Source of the DNA: Macrostomum lignano | Lineage: Eukaryota | Direction of reading: 5' to 3' | Length of the DNA stretch: 64,000 nucleotides | Assembly (NCBI GenBank): GCA_002269645.1 | Contig: NIVC01003468.1 | Location: 32,388-96,387, forward strand | Shown: piece after piece, positions 49,231 to 61,260 of the stretch | Layout: each line of letters starts with the position of its first letter | Numbering within the stretch: position 1 is the stretch's first letter | The notes under the pieces: generated by a model | Told to the model about the DNA's origin: nothing | The model's database searches: none | What the model saw: only the letters and a program-made list of their open reading frames with translations | Position numbers and translations under genes: made by a program

Positions 49231-52200
49231 TTACAACACCTTGAAGGTATACACCGCTGGCAGGGAAGCAGCATTCTCGTTTGAAGATCCGAATACGTTA
49301 ACAGCTTCGGTTTTAAATCCGGTTTTCACTCTCGCACTGAACTGCTCGCCATTCTTTTCAAAAGTTGTGCCATTTACCGTCGCCTTTCTGAGGCTGGGGG
49401 AGGCCAGCCTGATCTCAACCTCCGTGTTTCTCGGCAGCTCTCCATCACGCGGTTCCAGCAGCAGCACTCTTTCGTCAGTGGCTCCAAGATGCCAAGCAGG
49501 AAACGGACGCCGCTTCTCCATCGGGTTGAAGCACTCGATTAAAAAGATGGCCACTCTTTCGGTATGATAGTTGGTCCCCCCACTAGAATTTTCCTTTCTC
49601 GTGCCGATTTTCTCGCAGTATAGTTCAAGCTTGTGAAAGCCGGCTTCGAACATTCGCAGGCTAATCCTCATGAAGTCGCCATCGATCTCGACAAAACTCA
49701 TGTCGTTATTGTTGGCGCCGCTTTCCCCTGACATAAAGTTTGTTTGTGCAAAAACGCTTCGAGCCACTGGCAACCTGAGCTCGTGCTCACCTGCTTCAGC
49801 CTTGATGTGAAACCTGCGGTCGGTACCGAAATCTTTGCTAAAGCCAAATCTCTGCGGATTTGAATACAGACCAAAATACTCGCGTTCTTTGAGCTCTGGA
49901 AATTTCCAAGGGTCACGCAGCGGCTTTGTGCATTCAAGCAAGTATCGGGCCACAGGTTTGATGAAACCGTCGTCGCTGCAGAACAGCTTCAGCTCATAAA
50001 ATCCTGCGTGCTTCATCAGCAAGCTGATTGACACGAACTTGTCGGTGACTTCCAGTGCGCACGACTGTTTTTCCGGCTCATCCTCGCCTGAAAACTTCAT
50101 CTTGACCGATGCCTTGGGAGCGAAATCAGGTTGGATGGGAAATCTCATTTCATACTGACCGCCTTCCGGCTTGAGCCAAAAACTGGAAGTCTCTTTAAAA
50201 TCACTTTCAAATCCGAACCTCGCTGGATCATTGTAGATCCCATAGAACTCATACTCTCCGGAAGTGGGCAGGCGCCTGGTTTTGAGCAGTGGATTGGTGC
50301 ATTCGATGAGAAATCGTGCCACAGGTTTTTTGTAACCGAAGTCGTCGCAATACAGCACTACTGTGTAAAACCCGGAGCGTTCCATTAGCAAGCTGATGAT
50401 GACCGCCTTACTTGTGACTTGAAGAATGCAAGACGATTTTTCGGCGGGCTCACCCCTAGTGCTGAATGTGACTTGAGTTGATGCGGCCCCTTTCAGTGGA
50501 CGCGACAAAGGAAACACGATTTCGTGCTTGCCTTGCTCCGGCTTCATATAGAATTTCTGTTCCCTGGGTATTTCAAAGCCGAACGCTTCAGGACTGTGGA
50601 TGAAGCCGTAGTGGTCGTTTGAATCTGGAAATTCTCTTGTTCCAGAGTCGCGCCGAAGCTTTGGGCACTCGATGAGAAAGCGAGTCGCAAGATGCTTTTC
50701 AGAATCATCTGCATCGGCTTCTCTGAAGAAGACTGTGAGGATGTAGAAGCCAACACGGGTGAGTCGCAAGTGCACCGTCAGAAAATCGTTGGTGATCTCA
50801 AGCACACACAACTTCTTATCAGGCTCCGAGTCACCTGCGAATTTAATTGTAGCTGATGCACTAGTTCGAATCGACAGTGGGATCTTGAGCTCGTATTCGC
50901 TGCTCTCTACTCGGATCCAAAATTTCTGATTCGAGCAGAAGTCACTTGGATATCCAAAATTCCGCGGATCCTGATCGATTCCATAGTGGCCGTCAAAGTC
51001 TGGAAAGTCGGAGCGGCGCGAGAAGGCAAGAGAGCGCAGCTTATAGGACACCAGGCAGTCACTTTTCGAGGCGTTCTCGATGGTGGTCCCGAATACCTGC
51101 AGCTCATACTCGTTTTCGCAGTCCGGTGGCCTCGCTGTTACCGTGGCTTCGTTCGTTGCGCGGTTTAAAACAGTCGCAATGTACTTTCCACTACTAATTC
51201 TGGTTCCTGTGTTGGGATCTACGAATTTGGGTTTAAAAACTGTGAGTGGCTTGCCCGTTCCTCTGAATTTAAGGGTCACCTCTCCATTCACTTCAATCGA
51301 TGCCTTTTTGGTGTGGGAAACAAGCTCGACATTGTGCTCGAAGCAGCCTCTTCTTCGACTTGGTCGTTCGATGAAGGAGAGAAATTCAATTGGCTCGTTG
51401 AGCAGTTGCCATTTCTTGCTAGCTTCAGGGTTTGATTCCATACATGGCAGGTGATCCTCAATAAATATTTCCGGGTCGGTCAAGAAAAAGAAGTCAGTCT
51501 CATTTCTTATAAAATTTGAGTTGTTTTCAACGTACCCTGCACCCCAGGTGCTCTCTATGAACTTCCATTGATTGTCTATCTTCACAGCGTTCCAGGCATG
51601 GAGCTCTTTTAATTTGAAGTTGGCAGAGTCGCTGCTGTCTCCCTTCGAGTAGCCTATTATTACCTCGCACTCGATTCCCATAAGCCTAGAATGAAAAACA
51701 TTTTACAAGGGTTGGATTTTGACTAAAAATTTTTGAAAATGAACCAGATCAGCAATCTTCAGTAGCATTGCCTGAAGCGCTGAGAAATATTTACGTAAAA
51801 AGTTATGAAATCTTAACTCACTCGCAAAGCTTTTGCATTAAGCGTGCGTAGCCCTCACAGACGCATACTCGGTTTTTCAGCACTGACTCAGGATCATTGG
51901 GAAGACGCTGTTCAAAGTCCGAAAGAGACTTTACGTCGTATCTGATTGTTTTGGGTGTATTCTATATTGCTGATTGTGCAGTGGAGTTGTCTTTTTAATT
52001 ACAAATAAAATAAAAAAGCTTACGAAATGTTTCTTGTAATCCATTTATAAGCAGCTCGAACTTTTTCGATGTCGGTTTTTGCAACTTCGCACAGGTGAGC
52101 AGCCAATGACTCCAGTGACGTTGTGGCATGTCCTGGAGTCTGTTAAACGAGGAAAGAATCTTTGCAAAGACAACATATTTGGGTAGAATATGATTCAAAA

Positions 52201-54023
52201 AAACAAAACGTTACCACAAAAACATGTGAGTCGATTATTTGAAAAGCTTCAAAATCAATCGATATTTTTTTCTTGTCAGTTGACTGGGCCGAGTTTTCAA
52301 ACTGATTGGTCGTCGTTTCAGCTGAATTAGAGGGCTTTTCTTCAGTGGTCGGCGGACTCGGATGCACTTGATCCATAGCTGGATCAGAGGGCTTTTCTTC
52401 AGTGGTCGGCGGACTCGGATGCACTTGATCCGTAGCTGATTGAGCGGGCTTTTCATCAGTGGTCGGTGGACTCGGATGCACTTGATCCGTAGCTGAATCT
52501 GAAGCCTTTTCTTCAGTGGTCGGTGGACTCGGATGCATTTGATCCGTAGCTGATTGAGCGGGCTTTTCATCAGTGGTCGGTGGACTCGGATGCACTTGAT
52601 CCGTAGCTGATTGAGCGGGCTTTTCATCAGTGGTCGGTGGACTCGGATGCACTTGATCCGTAGCTGATTGAGCGGGCTTTTCATCAGTGGTCGGTGGACT
52701 CGGATGCACTTGATCCGTAGCTGAATCAGAAGGCTTTTCTTCAGTGGTCGGTGGACTCGGATGCACTTGATCCGTAGCTGATTGAGCGGGCTTTTCATCA
52801 GTGGTCGGTGGACTCGGATGCACTTGATCCGTAGCTGAATCAGAAGGCTTTTCTTCAGTGGTCGGCGGACTCGGATGCACTTGATCCATAGCTGGATCAG
52901 AGGGCTTTTCTTCAGTGGTCGGCGGACTCGGATGCACTTGATCCGTAGCTGATTGAGCGGGCTTTTCATCAGTGGTCGGTGGACTCGGATGCACTTGATC
53001 CGTAGCTGAATCTGAAGCCTTTTCTTCAGTGGTCGGTGGACTCGGATGCATTTGATCCGTAGCTGATTGAGCGGGCTTTTCATCAGTGGTCGGTGGACTC
53101 GGATGCACTTGATCCGTAGCTGATTGAGCGGGCTTTTCATCAGTGGTCGGTGGACTCGGATGCACTTGATCCGTAGCTGATTGAGCGGGCTTTTCATCAG
53201 TGGTCGGTGGACTCGGATGCACTTGATCCGTAGCTGAATCAGAAGGCTTTTCTTCAGTGGTCGGTGGACTCGGATGCACTTGATCCGTAGCTGATTGAGC
53301 GGGCTTTTCATCAGTGGTCGGTGGACTCGGATGCACTTGATCCGTAGCTGAATCAGAAGGCTTTTCTTCAGTGGTCGGTGGACTCGGATGCACTTGATCC
53401 GTAGCTGATTGAGCGGGCTTTTCATCAGTGGTCGGTGGACTCGGATGCACTTGATCCGTAGCCGAATCAGAAGGCTTTTCTTCAGTGGTCGGTGGACTCG
53501 GATGCACTTGATCCGTAGCTGAATCTGAAGCCTTTTCTTCAGTGGTCGGTGGACTCGGATGCACTTGATCCGTATCGGCAACAGGTCGCACCTCGTTTTG
53601 TTTTGATTTCCAAGGCTTTTGTTTATTTTTATGTTGGAGGGTTTTTTGTTTCACGATGTTACCTCTTCGCTAGAATAGTTTGTACATGTAGAGTCCTTTT
53701 CTGACAGTGGAAGAGGTTGCACTTTATTTTTTCTCAAACCTTTAGACTTGAAAGTATCGCCATAGTTTTTTTTGAGTCGACTGCTCATGATTTTCACAAT
53801 TCGTACCTCCTTTGATTGTCCGACTGAAGCTCGGTTGTCGTCGATACTCATTCTGAGGATCTTCATTAACGTAGCAAGAAATGTTGACAGGTGAATTCTC
53901 GCGACCTAATGATCCTGGTCCTATCGGCTCTTTCTGTGCTTTAACATTGATGACAATCTGAACACTCGGAGTTTCGAGGCCGTTGGAACTGTGCGGCGTC
54001 GATCGGCTTGGGTAGCAACCCAT
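49231..54023 (-). CDS. KY/hillarin-like transglutaminase-fold protein 2 (Cys-His-Glu triad retained), N-terminal MGCYPS
   Basis: Exons 54023-53807, (53518 or later acceptor, minimally 52321)-52215, 52139-52024, 51941-51822, 51685-49231; phases 1,0,2,2. Motifs IIDSH, DIEKVRAAYKWITRNISY, VCVCEGYARL, GYSKG, HAWNAVKID, FIESTWGAG, FFFLTDPEIFIEDHLP; four tandem C-terminal modules ending in FL(I/L)EC-like motifs. Confidence 0.88.
52330..53577 (-). repeat. 57-bp (19-codon) minisatellite TDQVHPSPPTT(E/D)EK(P/A)..SA, 22 units, 9-unit higher-order duplication
   Basis: Stop-free in the KY-like-2 frame; units 4-12 recur in the same order as units 13-21. Confidence 0.95.
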
Positions 54024-55289
54024 TGCACCTCACTGTTAGATGATACTCACGGGCAAATCCTGGACCCACCTTGGCGGAGAGCTTTTTTATATAAAAATTT
54101 TGACCTGACGGATGTTTCCGCCCATAAAAATTATGAAAACAATATCATCCGGTTTCGGCTAAAACAATCTGAAGTGCTGTCTTCTGTCAAGGTATACAGA
54201 AAGCCCAGTACACTAACCAGGATAAGAATTCTGTAGCAGTATAGATAATTTAAGCGCATTATTCACTGCTTATTATGCTCTGACATATCATTTTCACCCA
54301 GCAAGCCTTTTATTCAATGTATAAGCCACGCCGCCCACAGAGTTACTATCATGGAGATGCCAATTGAAAACAGGCTCATCCGAATGGCTGAGTCGTTGGG
54401 GTTTAAAAACTTAGTGTAGATCAAGGACTTTTTACTACTCGTAAACGCGCTGCATTCTCGAGGCATTCGTGCGCAACGACGCTTCATTTACATCTGCGTG
54501 TGTAGCGTTCTGTTCAGTTAAAGGTTAAACCCCAAAAGGGCTTTATATTTGTGTAAGCACTGGAAAAGCACTGGAACATTGGAACAAACAACAACAACCT
54601 CTACTTGTTCGACCTCAGCTATCCAAACAGACCAGCTCTTGGTCTTAACTAGCCGACCTCGAAATGCCCAAATGACAATAACGAAGCTGAGGTTTGAGAG
54701 AAAAAACAGCAGCCTGCGAACGCGTCACTGAAGACTCGCAGCAAAGGCTTTGGGGTTGATGATTGAATAGCAGAGGCACAGAGAGAAACTGCGTGAGCTC
54801 CACCCCGCTCAAACCATTCATTGCTTTGCATTGTGCCTATGCGTTCTTGTTGATTAAAAGATAGACTGCCTTGAATAATATATTCAGTAGCTACTGCGAG
54901 TTTGAGAGGTGAGCCTCACACCTATAATCGGGTCTTTAAAAGCCAGCGAGTTTGAAAGTCTTTCTGTTATGTAAGCAGATGACGAGAAAATAAAACATGT
55001 TGATTTGTATAAGGCTTAGCCATAGATACGAGAGTAATGTTTTGAAACGAGTGTCGTACATTTTTCACCATGATTTTAGTTTCCAGTCCTGAATTATTCA
55101 CCCTTTCACGTTAAATTTTGATCCGATTCCAGTTTTTTAAAAGCTTGCGAAAACTCAAATCCCACCCGATTTACCAGGCAGAAATGTTATAAAAATTTTC
55201 AATCCTCGGTATTAGCAGTATATTGGACCATAGGCAACAAGAATTTTTTTATAACGACTGTTAGAATTAGACGAAAACAGTGAGAAAAA

Positions 55290-55630
55290 CTGGAATACTG
55301 GAAGACTAAAATCGCAATACTGGAAGACAGGAAGGTAAGAGAAGTGGTAGACAGGAAGACCAGAGGATCCCGAATACTGAAGGACCGGAAGATCGGAAGA
55401 CTGGAAGACTGAAAAGCCAAAAGATCGGAGGACTGGAAGACCGGACGGCCGGATGATTAGAAGTTCGGAAGACTGGAAGACGGGAAGACTCTGAAACTGG
55501 AAGATGGGAGGAGTGGTAGACAGGAAGACCAGAGAATCCGGTAAAACTGAAGGACCGGAAGATCGGAAGACTGAAAGAACGCAGATCAGAAGGTCGGCAG
55601 ACTGGAAGACTGGACGACAGGAAGACTGCA
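55290..55630 (+). repeat. Degenerate short repeat (GACTGGAA/GGAAGAC) region
   Basis: Purine-biased decayed tandem units with an internal duplicated block. Confidence 0.7.
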
Positions 55631-56219
55631 ACAAGCTGCGGTAACACTGAATAATAATGGTGCTAAAAAAGACATGCCTCTGTCTCTCTTGTCACTTGAA
55701 TTCAGCTAACTCTTCTTGACGAGTTTGTCTATCACTTCAAGTAGAAGTTGAAGGAACAGTTGTGAAAGGGCCCGACCAGCTGTTAAGGCTCGCCTGTCAC
55801 GGCTCCTGCTGTGGCTTCTGACACGATGGGTACCAGGAGGGTGGAAAAGACGGTTACTTCTGTTCAGTCGATAGTTCAGGTCCGAAATCGGCAAGATCTT
55901 CAAGCAAATTGTGCAATTCTGAATCCAAAGCGTATACGTACATGTAGCTACATCCAACGCCAAGAACCGGTAATCCAGTCCAGTCCATTGGTCTATTATT
56001 CTGCCTTTGCCAACCAAGAAAGAAAGTCCAGTTCTTCGAGAAGCAAGCCGTGCATATCACCACCAAGTATGGATTTATGTAGAGCAGAAGCATGACAATT
56101 TGCGTAAAAAACGCATAAAAATATTGAAACACGGCCCTAAAGATGTTTCTTGGAATTCAAACCTTGACCATAGACTCTGAAAATGATTCCTTAGACCACA
56201 GATTCTAACATGTACGCTC

Positions 56220-56387
56220 GTATACCCCACTTGCCCCTGGCGAACGTCTATGGTCTCAGTGTAAATTTCATTTATTTACATCGGTGCAAATAAACGGTTT
56301 ATTTCACTGTGCAACTGCTCTTTCGATGCCAATAAATGAAATTTACACTGAGACCATAGACGTTCGCCCAGGACAAGTGGTGGATAC
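56220..56387. mobile_element. MITE-like palindromic element
   Basis: 38-bp perfect inverted arms 56239-56276 / 56331-56368, extendable outward with mismatches. Confidence 0.7.
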
Positions 56388-56392
56388 ATCAC

Positions 56393-56530
56393 ATATTCCC
56401 CATTAGTATCAAGTGTCTAGGGCAAAAATGCTTTCGTGCCTCGCTTATTGACCTAGCTCGGCTTCGCCTCGGTCAATAAACAAGTCACTCAAGCATTTAT
56501 TGCCCTAGCACTGGTATAAATGGGGAATAT
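56393..56530. mobile_element. Second palindromic element abutting the first
   Basis: ATATTCCCCATT..CTAGGGCAAAAATGCTT arms versus AAGCATTTATTGCCCTAG..AATGGGGAATAT, inner TTATTGACC/GGTCAATAA stem around GCTCGGCTTCGCCTC. Confidence 0.65.
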
Positions 56531-57612
56531 ATACCATTTATCCAGCGGGCCAAGAAACGAATCTCGTGTCCGATTCACATTGCAATCCACGGACCTTTAG
56601 CTCCCGGACATGAGCAAATCGGATGGGAATAGCTATATCGTACCATAGACCTTCTTCGTGCAGAAAGGCAATGCTATTGGTACATTTGATATTTCTGAGT
56701 CTTTTCTCTGCTGGTCTTAAACCGTTGAGCTGGGACCTCACCTCCGGACACACTTTTGAAATTCTATTTAACTATCAAACACTCTCTGCAATAGATTAAC
56801 TTCATATTATTTCCTTGCTACTATTTAGTAGACGATCTCTGACTTTAGGCCAGAAAGTGACACAGGTATGGACAGAGACGCATTTTATCTTATTTATCAA
56901 CGCATGTACAACACATGTAAATAAAGACATTTTTCAGATTGATACATGCATTCAGCATCTACGCATTGACACAGGACAAATTGTACAGCAGTTATTAGTC
57001 CATTGTTACAGGCGCTTAACAACAGTACATGCATGGGATGTGCGGCTGGTTAGCTATTGTGCTAGGGCGTACACGCGCTACTGACATCGAGTGAGAGACT
57101 GTCTACATGTGTGCTTTTTGTGATACGATGCACTTTACTGCTGCAGCCTACTGCTGAGGCGCAGTGGCTGTTGCGCAACTCTGCTGAGCGACAGCCTCGC
57201 CGCGCCGCGCCAGGAGAGTTAGCTGTGGCTGAGTGTAAACTTGACCCGCGACCACACCACCAGAAAGCAAAGGCGGCGGGATGGCAGCAAGCACTAAGCA
57301 GCGACGAGCAAGGGAAGGCGACTCAGACAAATAAAAGTCAGAGCAACTGCACACACAAGGCCAAATAAAAATCAAACAATTGATTTCCGGAGGGGCCGGA
57401 GAGGAGGGCGCAAGGGGGTGGTTAACACACCTTACACTAAGGCCCCACGGACTTTAAGTAGTCCGTGTAAGGCCCACGAAGCACGCCTAGTGTAAATGTG
57501 TAAAGTAGACAATATACTTGCACTTTTTCAATTCTAAATTTGACTGAATAAATCTGAAATCAGTCTAACTAATCACCTTACGAACTCCATGGGTAAAGGG
57601 GGCTCTCATGTA

Positions 57613-57909
57613 CTAGCGGCCCAGGCTCGATTTAAGTGCGGTCAAATTAATTTGGAGCTAAATTAGAATACCGGCTTGACCCTGCTCCTGCAATTAACGC
57701 CCAACCCCCTTGAGCCAACCCCCAAGGCACAGTGATCGAAGTGTACAAGCCTAACGATTAAATGAAGTTAGGGCCGCTGTACACTCCTGTGTGAGTGTGT
57801 GCCTGTGCGTATGACTGCGTACGTATCCTTGCGTTTGTGTGCCTGCTCAGGGGAGTCGGCGGAATGGGCAGTAATGCCTCTCGCCGGTTGTGTGACAATG
57901 TCGCCTAAA
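57613..57909 (+). mobile_element. SINE-like family B copy, head decayed
   Basis: Colinear over ~300 bp with the reverse complement of 62368-62658 (AGCGGCCCAGGCTCGAT.. to ..GCCTCTCGCCGGTTG..GACAATGTCGC). Confidence 0.75.
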
Positions 57910-59362
57910 CTATCAACTTTACATTGTCTACTAGGTTTTTTTACTTTCTCTGCAAAAGATGAGCGGCAGGAAGCCCAGCTAGCACTCCAGAATGGAAAAT
58001 GACTTGCAAAGTGAAAGCAAACAGCAAGCAGACTACTGAAGCTAAAGAGTCATTCATAGAAGGCATCCTAGAGCTGCCGTTCAGTTTTGTTATACGTGGC
58101 TGCATTTTGCTGTGTTTGAAGTGCTGCTGGAAGAGCGGCAGAAACTCTTACCTGAATAAGTAAATAAGCAGGTAGGATTTCCCTTCGGCTGAGAGTCTTC
58201 TCCAACTTCTATAAGAGTTGGCTTTGAGCTTTTTTGGGGGTGGGGGACTGGCTGATTCAGAGCTGAGACTGAACTCTCCTTAGCAACCACCTGGCGACCG
58301 CAGCATCTCATCTTTCTAACTTGAAGGTGCTTTAACAAAGCTAATTTTGCGCATTAGACGATACTGAACTATCAAAAAGGCTTTAGAAGTTCAAGGTTTT
58401 ATGCAGTTGACCACAATTTTTAAATAGATTTTTGCCTATATATATTTCAAATTATGGAGTTTGAAAAGACAGTAGAAAAATACCTGAGAATCCAAAACCC
58501 TAGAACTTTTACGCTCGTATTTATGTGTACGAGAGTAGTCAGTCAACTTTAACTAAAAAAATATATATTTCAACAGAGGAGCCGATAGGGATTGGAGAGT
58601 GCGGCATTCAGCCTATTCTTTCAATCTTCAGGCGGTAAAAAATGAAAAAAGAAGCTCAACAAGACGTCTCCGCACGACCTCAAGGGCATTCTTGCTTGAA
58701 CCCACCCTAAATCGCATTCTGTCCAACTGTTGCTGGGCTGAGAATGGAAAATGAGTAAGCAAAGTGGAAGCAGCACGGGCTGCTGGATCTCAACAATGAC
58801 AAGGGGCTGTTCAAAGCAGCCCCTTCAAAGCATTGTCAGAAGCCTGGCTCTTTTTCCTTCGATTTCATCGAGCCTGAACTCCCCTGCATCAATAATCAAA
58901 TGGTTTTTCTGCAACTTCTGCTGCAAGCTATTTTATGTTTTCCGTAAGCTTACTATTGGAAAATTGCATAATTTAAAGCTCCACTCTTGCCGATATATCA
59001 GCGAAAAGAAGCAAAAAAGCAAAAAATACAAGAAAGGATTTGACAGTCTGATGTGTAACTTGAAGTTCCAGTTCGGAATAAACATAAGAATCTATAAAAG
59101 TAAGAATCAACATAAATTGTATTTATTTAGTTTTATTGCCGATGCATTTCGTCTATTTGCATTAGGACATCGTCAGGGTCTTTTTATTTAAAAAACAATT
59201 TGAACGAATATTCAGTATATACAGATAGCTGAGAGTAACAAGAGTATTTGAATTGAGTTTTTAATTGATGATTTAAAACTTGTACATAGTAGTCAATTTT
59301 TTGATACAGTATTGGTTGGGTAAAGTGCATATCAGTTTCAAGCCAGTCCGGTCATTGACAAA

Positions 59363-61215
59363 TCAGCTAAAAATTCTGAGTTGACGGCTGGCCCCACCCA
59401 TCGCAAGCTGGTTATTTAACGTGGGCTGTTTGGTCTTAATGTACAGGGCTTCTAATAGGCAGAGCATGTGATCTCTATTACAAAAATCAATAGCCTTTAT
59501 CATTTCGTGTCGTTCAGCCTCACAACAAGAATTGCAGGTTAGCAGGTGTTCGTTAATAGCAGAGTTTTTAGCCAGTGCTCTCTGACCCTCGTGCATAAGT
59601 GTCGTTTAGTTTTTCCTATGTAGGAGAATCTCTGGTCCTCAGAGCAAACAAATTTATACACGACACCAGCCGCGAGAGGACGTGGAACACTGGATTTCAA
59701 CTTGCAGACGAACTTAGCAATCTTTTCGGTGCGAAACACAACACGGATTTGAGTGTTTAAGTCTTTACGGAGCAGCTTTTCTAACTTCTTTTTAAACTCT
59801 ACAGAACAAACACCAAAGTAAGGCAAAGTGATCAAGGGACATTCAGAGGTGGAATCACGAACTTTCATCCGATGATCCGAGTAGGTTCAGTCAGTTTGTC
59901 ATTGAGAAAAGAGTTGACAATTTTCATCACAAAGTTCTTAGGATAGCCATTGTAGCTGAGCAGATTGGTGAGGATTTCAACTTCGTTGTGGAAAAGTCTC
60001 CAAGAGCTGCAAGTGGAAAAAGCCCGGTGAAGAAAGCTACGAATCAATCCGGTTTTCCATTGTCTAGGGCACAAGGCGTCAAACCTAAGCATAAGCCCGG
60101 TAAAGCTAGGTTTCCTATACACGCTGGTCGAAATAGTTTCATCGGTGGCGTCAACGTCAATTTCTAAGAAAGGAAGTCTTCTGCCTCCTCCCTCCACCGT
60201 GAATTTGATATTCTCATGAGTAGAATTGATTAACTTAAAAAACTCGTCCTTCTTAGCTTCGTCCTCAAAGATCGCAAACGTGTCATCGACGTAGCGTTTG
60301 TAGAAGTGAGGCGCACAAGGGAGGGCCATCCAGTCCTTTTCCCAGTGGGTCATGCACAAATTAGCGAGGGTTGGGGCGAGAGGGCTGCCCATGGCACACC
60401 CATCAATATGTCTGTAATATTTGTCCCGAAAAAGAAAGATGCCGGAGGTGGCGAATTTGAGCATCTTCTTAAAAGTGGCTTTAGAGAAAGGAGGTGGATT
60501 GGCTTTTTCATACACAAGATCAGCAGCCAGCTCAATGGTGAATTCGAGAGGGATTTTGGTGAACAGAGGAACAACATCAAAGCTATAAAGCCTGTCAGTT
60601 TGATTAATCGTGGTATTGCTGAGGCTCTCGATAAACTGTTGATTGGAACTCACACAGTGCTCAGAAGGGATAACAGGTTTAATTAAATTGTCAAGGAATT
60701 TAGCTAGCTCATACTCCGTAGTGTTGATCATCGAAACAATAGGTCTTAAAGGGTGACCATCCTTATGAACTTTGCACAGACCGTACAATTGTCCAGGTTG
60801 GCTACCATTTGGGACAATCAACTTAAAGATCTCAAGGTCACGTGTGGCTTAACGTAAGTTCTCAAAAAATTCTGAAGAGATTTCTCATTTTTTAAACCGG
60901 GTGAGCCATAGTGACTTGATCATCGGTAGCAAGGCATTGAAACTTGAGTTTGTCCTGGATCACTTTCTCAAGTTTGTCAAAATAATCCTTACTATCTAAA
61001 GCAGCAACGCCATAGCCTTTATCAAAGCCAACAATCTTGATATTTTCATTGTTCTTAAGGCCGTTCAGAGCCTGGTGCACAGTCTATTGCTCCTCTTTTT
61101 AACGTATCCTTGAGCTTTACAGATAAACTTTTCAAATTCAGCTATGAGACGGTGTTTTAGCCTATCTGGTGGGACATAAGAATCTGCTTTCTAAGGCAAA
61201 GTAAAAGACGACAGA
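59363..61215 (-). mobile_element. Penelope-like retroelement (RT + GIY-YIG endonuclease), decayed and 5'-truncated
   Basis: FDKG, LYGLCKVHK..LRPIVS, SFDVVPLF, GCAMGSPLAPTLAN, RYVDDTF, LPFLEI, VYRKP; endonuclease GVVYKF..SYIGKTKR..TRVREH and LEALYI..PTLN. Broken into at least 4 frames. Confidence 0.92.
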
Positions 61216-61260
61216 ATATTCGAGTTCGACAGTTTTCTGTTTTTGATTTTGTTATTCTCG

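Noticed and set aside
53651-53866. Frameshifted continuation of KY-like-2 exon 1 through the A8 run (KNKVQP frame)
   Set aside because: That frame ends in a stop, and a canonical phase-1 splice from 53807 explains the gene without invoking an error.
59320-59367. Hammerhead ribozyme after the Penelope ORF stop (minus strand CTGATTTG..TGAAAC)
   Set aside because: The position fits Penelope-associated hammerheads, but the core CUGANGA is not intact and no stem III/NUH could be formed; at best a dead remnant. An Infernal search with hammerhead models would settle it.
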